The position numbers were made by a program, and so were the translations under genes. 64,000 nucleotides of DNA from a virus, in IMG/VR virus record IMGVR_UViG_3300030104_004631, positions 24,153 through 88,152 of that record; one strand, given 5' to 3'. Position 1 is the first letter of the stretch, and every line of letters starts with the position of its first letter. This document shows, piece by piece, positions 49,699 to 57,984 of this stretch. The notes below the pieces were generated by a model. The model saw nothing but the letters and a program-made list of their open reading frames with translations, had not been told where the DNA came from and made no database searches.

Positions 49699-50244
49699 AT
49701 GAATTATGGAAAATTTTACAAGGAAGTATCCTTCAACACTCAGTCAATTAACATAGTACGAAAAGCAATATCACAAGATTTAAAATTTACTAAAGGAGAA
49801 CTACACAGTAGTCACAGATCAACAAGAAGTTCTGAGGTAGCGTGGTTGAGAGATATGGATCTCTTGTCTATGCTTATGCGTATGTCTAAACAGATTAATA
49901 GATCTGCAAATTGGAACGTAAAAATTGATGGTATGGAACCTGTACAATTTGGTATCTATGGAGAAGGAGATTTCTATGATTGGCATGTTGATCAACACCC
50001 AAAACCTATTGGGGGAATGGTAAGGAAGATTAGTATGTCACTTTTTCTTAATGATGATTTTGAAGGAGGGGAGTTTGATTTGGAGATATATAGACCAGAT
50101 GCAGATCCAAGGTATAAAACTTTTAAGTTAAAACCATGGTCTGCTATTTTTTTCCAAGGTGATCAATGGCATAGGGTTCGCCCTATCACCTCTGGAGTTA
50201 GAAAATCTATTGTAGCATGGTTTTATGGACCTCCTTATTCGTAA
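49699..50244 (+). CDS. 2OG-Fe(II) oxygenase (prolyl-4-hydroxylase-like)
   Basis: YDWHVD (HxD); RKISMS; FEGGEF; HRV.P.TSG.RKS.V.W. Confidence 0.9.
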   Translation: MNYGKFYKEVSFNTQSINIVRKAISQDLKFTKGELHSSHRSTRSSEVAWLRDMDLLSMLMRMSKQINRSANWNVKIDGMEPVQFGIYGEGDFYDWHVDQHPKPIGGMVRKISMSLFLNDDFEGGEFDLEIYRPDADPRYKTFKLKPWSAIFFQGDQWHRVRPITSGVRKSIVAWFYGPPYS

Positions 50245-51697
50245 GAAGAATGAAGTTTATTTAAAAGTTGAAGCGGAGCCTCATCTCCATAAAGAGGCAG
50301 CAGAATTTTTTACCTTTGAAATCCCCTCTGCAAAGTACATGCAAAGAACGAGGAGATACAAAGGTTGGGATGGTAAAGTACGGTTATACTCACCTGCTAC
50401 TGGAGAGATCTATTGCGGTTTAGTAGATTATCTAACTGACTGGGCAAAGGAAAGGGGATATCAGTATCAGTTCGAGGAATCTCAATACTTTGGACATCCC
50501 AAGGATCAGAACGATCTAATAACTCCTCAGTCTGTAGTTGGATTTGTTCAAGCACTGGGTCTGCCTTCGGGATTAAAGGTTCGGGATTACCAATATTCAG
50601 CAATATACGAGTCCCTACTATACAACAGACGGCTCCTATTGTCCCCAACTGCCAGCGGGAAATCCTTAATGATTTATTCATTGGTTCGGTTTCATGTAAA
50701 TGTTAAGAGGAATGTACTTATTATAGTACCAACTACTTCTCTTGTCGAACAAATGTATAAAGATTTTACAGAGTATGGTTGGAATACTGAGTACCATTGT
50801 CATAAAATCTATGCTGGAGAAGAAAAATATACAGACCATGATGTAGTTATATCAACTTGGCAGTCCTTATATAAGGAACCAAGAAAGTTTTTTGATAGGT
50901 TTGATGTTGTTATAGGTGACGAAGCACATTTGTTTAAAGCAAAGTCATTGACTAGATTGATGTCTAAGTTGCATAGTTGTAAATATCGTATTGGATTTAC
51001 TGGTACATTAGATGGGTCAGACACTAATCAATTAGTATTGGAGGGTGTATTTGGTAGATGTTCAAAGGTTACTAAGACATCTGATCTAATGAAAAAAGGA
51101 CATGTTTCAAAACTTAAAGTAAAAATTCTTTTATTAAAGCATGAAGAAAAAATCTTTGAGGGGTACCAAGATGAAATGGATTACCTTTGTGAGCATGAAC
51201 AACGTAATAAATTTATCCGCAATCTAGCGTGTGACCTTAAGGGAAACACGTTGGTACTATTCAACTACGTGGAAAAGCACGGTCTGCCTTTGTATGAAAT
51301 GATAAATACTTATACTGATAAACCAGTACATTTAGTTTATGGAGGAGTTGATGTTGATGACCGAGAAGAAATACGGAGGTTGGTTGAAAATGAAACTGAT
51401 CAAATTATTGTCGCCAGTTATGGCACTTTCAGTACTGGGATTAACATTAAGCGGTTGCACAACCTCGTCTTCGCCTCCCCCAGTAAGTCCAGAGTCCGTA
51501 ACCTCCAGTCTATCGGGAGGGTACTTCGACAGTATAGGGGAAAAGAAGTAGCAACATTATATGATATTGCAGATGACATCTCTACAGATCGTGGAAATAA
51601 TTACACACTAAATCATTTAATGGAGAGAGTCAAAATTTATAACCAAGAGAATTTTAATTATGAACTCATAGATGTAAAACTAAAAACTTATGATTAA
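50225..51697 (+). CDS. uvsW: RNA-DNA/DNA helicase UvsW
   Basis: SPTASGKS; DEAH; GFTGT; STGINI; QSIGRVLR. Confidence 0.96.
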   Translation: MDLLIRKKNEVYLKVEAEPHLHKEAAEFFTFEIPSAKYMQRTRRYKGWDGKVRLYSPATGEIYCGLVDYLTDWAKERGYQYQFEESQYFGHPKDQNDLITPQSVVGFVQALGLPSGLKVRDYQYSAIYESLLYNRRLLLSPTASGKSLMIYSLVRFHVNVKRNVLIIVPTTSLVEQMYKDFTEYGWNTEYHCHKIYAGEEKYTDHDVVISTWQSLYKEPRKFFDRFDVVIGDEAHLFKAKSLTRLMSKLHSCKYRIGFTGTLDGSDTNQLVLEGVFGRCSKVTKTSDLMKKGHVSKLKVKILLLKHEEKIFEGYQDEMDYLCEHEQRNKFIRNLACDLKGNTLVLFNYVEKHGLPLYEMINTYTDKPVHLVYGGVDVDDREEIRRLVENETDQIIVASYGTFSTGINIKRLHNLVFASPSKSRVRNLQSIGRVLRQYRGKEVATLYDIADDISTDRGNNYTLNHLMERVKIYNQENFNYELIDVKLKTYD

Positions 51698-52133
51698 CTA
51701 CGCCAAACACGAAGAAGAATTTTACGGAGTTTTTAAACTTGTCAGTGGAGAAGAAGTGCTAGGTAAAGCAGTTCTTACAGAAGAGAGTGGTGAATCCCTT
51801 GTTTTTATTCAAAATCCTGTTTGTACATTAGTAGTTAATAAAGAAATTGAAGATGGTCGCCAAGTTCGTGGGGTGGGTTTTGCTAAGTGGATGCAATTTT
51901 CTGATGAAGATTTCTTTATTATAAGAGAAAAAGATATTTTATCAGTTTCATCAATGAGTAAAGAAGTTTCGTTTATGTATGAAGCGTTTGTACAAAGTGA
52001 AAATAAAGATAAACCAAGAAAAAATAATTCAAAAATTGATCCAGAACCCCAGATGGGTTACCTAGGAAAAATTAATGAAGCAAGAAAAATGTTTGAAAAA
52101 ATTTATAAATTTAATCCTATTGAACCAAGATAG
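51690..52133 (+). CDS. Conserved hypothetical (Sm-like, KL.SGEE motif)
   Basis: FKLVSGEEVLG; typical position between uvsW and gp55. Confidence 0.7.
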   Translation: MINYAKHEEEFYGVFKLVSGEEVLGKAVLTEESGESLVFIQNPVCTLVVNKEIEDGRQVRGVGFAKWMQFSDEDFFIIREKDILSVSSMSKEVSFMYEAFVQSENKDKPRKNNSKIDPEPQMGYLGKINEARKMFEKIYKFNPIEPR

Positions 52134-52173
52134 AATTATTTCCTGAACCCTTACACGGTTAGTGTACATCAAA

Positions 52174-52202
52174 TTGACAAACGTGTCAAGCCCTGATATA
52201 AT
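52174..52202 (+). promoter_or_regulatory. Sigma70-type promoter for gp55
   Basis: Perfect TTGACA-N17-TATAAT. Confidence 0.85.
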
Positions 52203-52228
52203 GTATACAAAGCAAGACACCAAACGTA

Positions 52229-52762
52229 ATGAAAAAAATAAAAAAACAAAAACAACATTATGTTGACAACCAAGAGTTTCTTGCTGCTATAGTAAAATAT
52301 AAAGAAATAGTATATGTTGCTGCTGTAAAGGAGATTGAAGGTCTCGCTGACATGGATCCTGATGAGCAGTTTGCTACTTTAAAGAATTGGAAAAGTGAAA
52401 GTAAACCTAGAGTAGGAAATTATATTGGAAGTTGTTTTTTAAAGATAGCAACACATTTGTCGTATAGACCGAACTTTATCAACTACATGTATAAAGATGA
52501 TATGGTTTGTGATGGTATAGAAAACTGTATACAATACATAGATAATTTTAATCCAGCAAAGTCTAAGAATCCATTTGCATATTTTACACAGATAGTTTAC
52601 TATGCATTCTTAAGACGTATTGCTAAAGAGAAACGTCAGATGGATATTAAAGACAAAATTTTAGAAAAGTCAGGATATGATCATGTGTTCTCAGTTGACG
52701 GAGAAGGTGGAGCTGACTATAATCAAATTAAGAATCGTGTTGAAATGAATTCAAAAAGATAA
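52229..52762 (+). CDS. gp55: Late transcription sigma factor gp55
   Basis: HYVDN.EF; YIG.CFLKIA..LS.RPNF.NY; NPFAYFTQI.YYAF.RRI.KEK. Confidence 0.96.
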   Translation: MKKIKKQKQHYVDNQEFLAAIVKYKEIVYVAAVKEIEGLADMDPDEQFATLKNWKSESKPRVGNYIGSCFLKIATHLSYRPNFINYMYKDDMVCDGIENCIQYIDNFNPAKSKNPFAYFTQIVYYAFLRRIAKEKRQMDIKDKILEKSGYDHVFSVDGEGGADYNQIKNRVEMNSKR

Positions 52763-52765
52763 TCA

Positions 52766-53800
52766 ATGAAAATCTTATTGATAACCGATCAGCATTTCGG
52801 TGTGCGTAATGATAATCAAAATTTTATTGATCATTACCGAAAGTTTTATAGTGAAGTTGTAATCCCTTTTGTGGATGCAAACAAAATTGATACTATTATT
52901 AATCTAGGTGATACGTTTGATAAACGTCGATCTATTAATTTTATGTCATTGGATGCAGCAAAGGAGATGTGGTTTGATCCTCTTAAAGAGAGGGATGTTA
53001 AAATGCATATGCTCATAGGTAATCATGACATCTATTATAAAAATACTTTAAGAGTTAATGCTCCGACTGAGTTACTTGGTGAATATGAAAACATAATTTC
53101 TTATACAGAACCTACTACAATTATGTTTGATGGTCTTCCTATACTCATGTTACCTTGGATATGTGATGAGAACTATGATGAATCTCTACGAGCTGTTACT
53201 GAAAGTTCTGCTGATATCTGTATGGGTCATTTGGAACTTAATGGTTTTGAAGCACATCCTGGACATACTATGACAAATGGTATGGACGTTAAACATTTTT
53301 CTGGATTTAAAAAAGTGTTTAGTGGTCACTATCATATGAAATCTACTAAGAAAAATGTTACATATCTTGGAAACCCCTACCAACTTTACTGGAATGATTA
53401 CGGCACTAAGAGAGGCTTTCATGTCTTTAACACAGACACTCTACGATGTAGTTTCCATAGAAATCCCTTTGACACTTTTCATAAGTTGTATTATAATGGT
53501 GGAGTTGTACTTCCGAATGAGGACGAAGTTAAAGGAACGTTCGTCAAACTCATTGTAGAAGACAAAGGTGACTATTCAAAATTTGACTATACTGTTAGTC
53601 AACTTCAAGACATGGGTCTTGGTGATTTAAAAATCATTGAAGACTTAAGTGTTGAAGCAGAGAATGGTTCTAGATTGATGGAAACCGAAGATACCATGAC
53701 TCTTCTTGATGACTACATAGATGGAATAGATCTTAAAGTTAACAAGTCGAACATTAAAAGTGTTATGAGGTCGTTGTATATGGAGGCAGCAGAAATCTGA
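52766..53800 (+). CDS. gp47: Recombination endonuclease subunit gp47 (Mre11-like)
   Basis: TDQHFG; LGD.FD; GNHD; GHLE; SGHYH. Confidence 0.95.
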   Translation: MKILLITDQHFGVRNDNQNFIDHYRKFYSEVVIPFVDANKIDTIINLGDTFDKRRSINFMSLDAAKEMWFDPLKERDVKMHMLIGNHDIYYKNTLRVNAPTELLGEYENIISYTEPTTIMFDGLPILMLPWICDENYDESLRAVTESSADICMGHLELNGFEAHPGHTMTNGMDVKHFSGFKKVFSGHYHMKSTKKNVTYLGNPYQLYWNDYGTKRGFHVFNTDTLRCSFHRNPFDTFHKLYYNGGVVLPNEDEVKGTFVKLIVEDKGDYSKFDYTVSQLQDMGLGDLKIIEDLSVEAENGSRLMETEDTMTLLDDYIDGIDLKVNKSNIKSVMRSLYMEAAEI

Positions 53801-54048
53801 TGTTTGTTTTATCAGACACAAAATCAGGAGGTATCTATGCTATAAAAAGCAAAGACCGTAAGAAAACTGTGACTGTATTTGAAGACTATGAAGATGCTGA
53901 AAGGTATGCAGGACAATTGGAAGCAGAAGATTATGCAGATACTTTAGAAATTATTGAATGTGATTCTACTGTTATCTCTATAAACTGTGACACATATGGG
54001 TATAATTACATTTCCATTAAAAAAGACGACCTCATTATTCCCCCTTAA
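53800..54048 (+). CDS. Hypothetical protein (DUF3110-like)
   Basis: GIYA...V..FE..EDAERYA..LEA; ends IIPP. Confidence 0.6.
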   Translation: MFVLSDTKSGGIYAIKSKDRKKTVTVFEDYEDAERYAGQLEAEDYADTLEIIECDSTVISINCDTYGYNYISIKKDDLIIPP

Positions 54049-55769
54049 TGATTACATTTGAAAGTATCCGCTGGAAAAATTTCCTATCTACAGGAGACCA
54101 GTGGACTGAGATTGATTTTTGTGAGTCACCCTCAACATTAATTGTGGGTTCTAATGGTGCTGGAAAGTCCACGATGTTGGATGCTCTTTGTTTTGCTTTG
54201 TTTAACAAACCATTTAGAAAGATCAATCGTGGACAGTTAGTAAACAGTATTAATGAAAAAGGTTTAAAAGTTGAAGTATGTTTTTCTATAGGCAAAGATG
54301 AATACAGAGTTTTCAGGGGTGCAAAACCCAATCTCTTTGAGGTTTACAAAAACAATAAGATGGTTGACCAAGATGCTGCTGCCAAAGACACGCAGAAGTA
54401 TCTGGAGCAATCAGTACTCAAACTTAACTACAAAAGTTTTACCCAAGTCGTCATACTTGGTTCATCCACATTTGTACCCTTCATGCAATTGGGAGCAAGT
54501 GTCAGGAGAGAAGTTATTGAAGATCTACTCGACATCCAGATCTTCTCAAACATGAATTCCTTGCTGAAGGATAGAGTTCGTTCAGCACAAAATCAAAGTA
54601 ATGATTGTGGACACATGCTTCGTCTCACAAAGGAGAAAGTAGAAAGTCAACAGAAGTTACTTGATTCATTAAAAGAAGTTAATCATAATCGTCAAGAAGA
54701 AAAACGTAATCGATATAATAAAAATTCTAAAATTATTGAAGAAGTAAAATCTAATCATATTAAACTTAAAGATGAGATTCTAGTTCTTGAAGAAGAGGTA
54801 GGTGATGTTGAAGTTCAGAGAAAATTTGTTCGTAAACTTCGTCAAGGTCAAGCAGATAAAAAATCTGAACTTAAGTTAATTGCAAACAATCTTAAGTTCT
54901 TTAAGAGTCATGATCAATGCCCTACATGTACACAAAGCATTAGCACTTCTTTTAAAACCAATCAAGTTAATACTTTAACTGGTTCTGGAACAACAATTGC
55001 TACTGAGATTGAAGCGTTTACTCAAGACATCACTGAAGCAGTGAGTGTTATCAATAAGATAGAAGAGACTTCTGCAAAACTATATGAAGTTCGTAGTGAT
55101 GCTACTGCACAAGAACGAGAGATTGTTCGTCTTGAAAAGGAGAACCTTGAGATCTCTAAACAGATTCTCGAACTTCAACAAAGCACTCCTAACATTGATC
55201 AAGAAAAAGAAACTTTACAGGGGTATCTTGCTGAATATAAAACAACTGAAAAGGATTGTGCAGAAGTCAGTCAGAAGTTGGATGAGTTCCAAGTTGTATC
55301 TTCTTTATTAAAAGACTCTGGTATTAAGAGTCAGATTATTAAAAAGTACGTTCCTATCTTTAACCAACTAATTAACAAATACCTTTCGTCTATGGAATTT
55401 TTTGTTAACTTTACATTGGATGAAGAGTTTAATGAAGTTATCAAGAGTCGTTTCCGTGATGAGTTTTCTTATGCATCATTCTCTGAAGGTGAGAAGCAAA
55501 AGATTGACCTAGCACTATTGTTTACATGGAGAGAAGTTGCTAGGATGAAGAATAGTGTTGCTACTAATCTTCTTATTCTTGATGAGGTATTTGATAGTTC
55601 ACTTGATTCTTCTGGTACTGGAGAACTTCTTCAAATATTAAAAAGTCTTGGAAACGGAACAAATGTATTTGTCATTTCTCATAAAGGTGATATACTAGTA
55701 GATAAATTCCTAAGAACTTTAAAGTTTGAAAAAGTAAATGATTTTTCTAAAATGTCAGATGAGTCCTAA
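54048..55769 (+). CDS. gp46: Recombination endonuclease ATPase subunit gp46 (Rad50-like)
   Basis: GSNGAGKST; CPTC hook; FSEGEK; LILDEVFD; ISH. Confidence 0.96.
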   Translation: MITFESIRWKNFLSTGDQWTEIDFCESPSTLIVGSNGAGKSTMLDALCFALFNKPFRKINRGQLVNSINEKGLKVEVCFSIGKDEYRVFRGAKPNLFEVYKNNKMVDQDAAAKDTQKYLEQSVLKLNYKSFTQVVILGSSTFVPFMQLGASVRREVIEDLLDIQIFSNMNSLLKDRVRSAQNQSNDCGHMLRLTKEKVESQQKLLDSLKEVNHNRQEEKRNRYNKNSKIIEEVKSNHIKLKDEILVLEEEVGDVEVQRKFVRKLRQGQADKKSELKLIANNLKFFKSHDQCPTCTQSISTSFKTNQVNTLTGSGTTIATEIEAFTQDITEAVSVINKIEETSAKLYEVRSDATAQEREIVRLEKENLEISKQILELQQSTPNIDQEKETLQGYLAEYKTTEKDCAEVSQKLDEFQVVSSLLKDSGIKSQIIKKYVPIFNQLINKYLSSMEFFVNFTLDEEFNEVIKSRFRDEFSYASFSEGEKQKIDLALLFTWREVARMKNSVATNLLILDEVFDSSLDSSGTGELLQILKSLGNGTNVFVISHKGDILVDKFLRTLKFEKVNDFSKMSDES

Positions 55770-55793
55770 TAAATAAAATTTTACCTGCAACAT

Positions 55794-56093
55794 ATGCTTT
55801 CAACACAATATCGTTTAAGACTAACAGCAATTTGTAAGGACATAGGTGCTGGAGTTGAAGTTAGTCTAGAAGATATGATCTGGGCAGAGAAATTGTCCAA
55901 GGCAAACACTGCTGCTAGAGGTATGTTAAATACTGCAAGAAGAATAAGTAACGACCCTACTGATTCTTTTCTGAATAGTTTGGATTTAGGAGACCCCGAT
56001 TCAAACAATCACCGTAGGGGTTTCGGAGATCCACAAGATGTGGTAGACTGGTTCCACAATGAAAGGTCTGATGACTGGAGGCAACGTGATTGA
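55794..56093 (+). CDS. Conserved hypothetical cyanophage protein
   Basis: MLSTQYRLRL...DW(R)QRD; AATAAATA at 55768. Confidence 0.7.
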   Translation: MLSTQYRLRLTAICKDIGAGVEVSLEDMIWAEKLSKANTAARGMLNTARRISNDPTDSFLNSLDLGDPDSNNHRRGFGDPQDVVDWFHNERSDDWRQRD

Positions 56094-56277
56094 ATACACT
56101 GAACCAGCAACAGATAAAATGAAACTAAGAGCAGATGCTCTTAGAATTCTAATGGCACAATTCGGTAATGATGGAAAATCAGTATATGAATGTGCAGAAG
56201 ACTGGTGTAGTAAACAATATACTACAGCAGGTCTTGTCAAATATTATGAAGCATATTATTCTAAAAAAACAAAATGA
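56086..56277 (+). CDS. Hypothetical protein
   Basis: Probable GTG start; YECAEDW motif; overlaps neighbours. Confidence 0.55.
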   Translation: MIEYTEPATDKMKLRADALRILMAQFGNDGKSVYECAEDWCSKQYTTAGLVKYYEAYYSKKTK

Positions 56278-56531
56278 CTAAACCAATTGAAAGTTCAGAA
56301 CAATTGATTCAACGTTTTACTAAACGTACTATGCAGTTGTCTCAGAGAAAACAAGAATTAAAAGAAGCATATGATGAGTATGTAAAGTTAGAAAGAGATC
56401 TAACTAGACTTGAAGGTTCTATGCAAGCAATTGAATATGTTGCATACGGTAAGATGCCTGGTGATGGCAACCATGATAAATTCAAGGATCATAGACCAGT
56501 TAAGCATAACGATCTAGATGCATTAGACTAA
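56274..56531 (+). CDS. Hypothetical coiled-coil protein
   Basis: ATGA-coupled 85 aa ORF. Confidence 0.6.
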   Translation: MTKPIESSEQLIQRFTKRTMQLSQRKQELKEAYDEYVKLERDLTRLEGSMQAIEYVAYGKMPGDGNHDKFKDHRPVKHNDLDALD

Positions 56532-56683
56532 TGGATAGTGAACGTAAGCAAAGGATCATACAACGCATAGAAGAATTGACACTTCTACTGAATGGAACCT
56601 TTAGCAAGAGAAGTACTTATAGTAGTACAGGTCTACAAACTCAAAAAATTGTAATCGAATACGATCATCATCAAACGAAATGA
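56531..56683 (+). CDS. Small hypothetical protein (50 aa, not in ORF track)
   Basis: MDSERKQRIIQRIEELTLLLNGTFSKRSTYSSTGLQTQKIVIEYDHHQTK; coupled at both ends. Confidence 0.6.
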   Translation: MDSERKQRIIQRIEELTLLLNGTFSKRSTYSSTGLQTQKIVIEYDHHQTK

Positions 56684-56919
56684 AAGCAATTATCTACAGC
56701 GACAGAAACATTGAATCTGGAAGAGCTCAACAACTCTTGAAGTCTGTTCGTTTTGATGAGTTAGTTACATACTATCTTGATGATGATTTTAATAATACTC
56801 AATTCCAATCTGAGTTTGGTTGTGATGCACCTTATCCTCAGATCACTATTGGTACAGAACATGTCGGTGGATTGAAAGATACTCTTCATTACTTAAGTAA
56901 GAAGGGATTGATTGTATGA
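56680..56919 (+). CDS. Glutaredoxin-like protein lacking CxxC
   Basis: F..EFG..A.YPQI.IG..HVGG; no CxxC motif. Confidence 0.7.
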   Translation: MKAIIYSDRNIESGRAQQLLKSVRFDELVTYYLDDDFNNTQFQSEFGCDAPYPQITIGTEHVGGLKDTLHYLSKKGLIV

Positions 56920-57128
56920 GTAACGTAGAAGCACCTCCACAGGTATACTATGACAAGGATGGATGGGAGATTTCCCCACCCATTTCTGATAGAGAATGTA
57001 TCTATCGTTGTCTAGAGAACTGTGAACACCTTGCAGGTCTTGATAGGAAACAAGTCCAAAGATTGATGGAGGACTTTAAGACTAAGAAAACTGAATTTGT
57101 ACGCAATGAGGAGTATCCAGTATTATGA
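56916..57128 (+). CDS. Hypothetical protein
   Basis: ATGA-coupled 70 aa ORF. Confidence 0.55.
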   Translation: MSNVEAPPQVYYDKDGWEISPPISDRECIYRCLENCEHLAGLDRKQVQRLMEDFKTKKTEFVRNEEYPVL

Positions 57129-57388
57129 CTCAAAAGATTGACACTCAAGGAATGAGTGGTGACGCAGTTGAGGGGTGTGAGGATAATGTATATCCTCGTG
57201 ATGAGAATGGTGAACCAATCTATCCATCAATGAAGATTAAACCATTACCTTTGATTGAACCTAAATTAAGACAAGAGTTAAAAGATCTTATTAATGAAGT
57301 CCTTGACGAAAGGGAATATCAAAAGAAACTTAACGGTCCTTATGATGTACCCGAATACTCTTATCGTTTAGACGAGTTACAAGAATGA
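57125..57388 (+). CDS. Hypothetical protein
   Basis: KIDTQGMSG...ELKDLINEVLDER; coupled. Confidence 0.6.
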   Translation: MTQKIDTQGMSGDAVEGCEDNVYPRDENGEPIYPSMKIKPLPLIEPKLRQELKDLINEVLDEREYQKKLNGPYDVPEYSYRLDELQE

Positions 57389-57960
57389 AATTAGTAGTAT
57401 TATGTTCTGGCAACGGAACCAACTTCGAAAATATAGTCACTAATCCATTATGTAATAAGCATGAAGTTGTGCTTATGATACACAATAAAGAAAAATGTAA
57501 TGCAGTAAAACGTGCTGCAAGGTGGGGTATACCTCACATTCATATACCTCATAAAAATGAGGATCTTATGATAAGAACCATAAGAGCATTTGCTCCTAAC
57601 CTGATAGTATTGGCAGGGTATATGAGAATACTATCACCTAGATTTATAGGATCATTTGAAAATATAATCAATGTTCACCCATCTTTACTACCAAAATATA
57701 AAGGTATTAATGCTGTCGAACAAGCATTAGAGTCAGGTGATGCTGAAACAGGAGTTACTGTTCATTATGTTACTGAGGAACTTGACTCTGGACAAATAGT
57801 AATGCAACATAGAGTACCCATTTTACCTAATGATGATGTCAAGTCCTTGACAAAAGCAATTCAACGAGTAGAATATGGTATCTTGCCACAGGCGATCAAC
57901 CTATGTGCCAGTTCAGAAACTGTCCCAAGAGTTGCACATTCCGATCTTCGTCTGCTATAA
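57385..57960 (+). CDS. purN: Phosphoribosylglycinamide formyltransferase
   Basis: SGNGTNF; VLAGYMRIL; IN.HPSLLPKYKG; G.TVHYV..ELDSG. Confidence 0.95.
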   Translation: MKLVVLCSGNGTNFENIVTNPLCNKHEVVLMIHNKEKCNAVKRAARWGIPHIHIPHKNEDLMIRTIRAFAPNLIVLAGYMRILSPRFIGSFENIINVHPSLLPKYKGINAVEQALESGDAETGVTVHYVTEELDSGQIVMQHRVPILPNDDVKSLTKAIQRVEYGILPQAINLCASSETVPRVAHSDLRLL

Positions 57961-57961
57961 T
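57905..57961 (+). promoter_or_regulatory. Early-type promoter with upstream palindromic operator
   Basis: GTGCCAGTT-CAGA-AACTGTCC, then TTGCAC-N18-TATAAT with TGn extension. Confidence 0.6.
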
Positions 57962-57984
57962 AAAAGAGTAATCAAGGGAAACGG

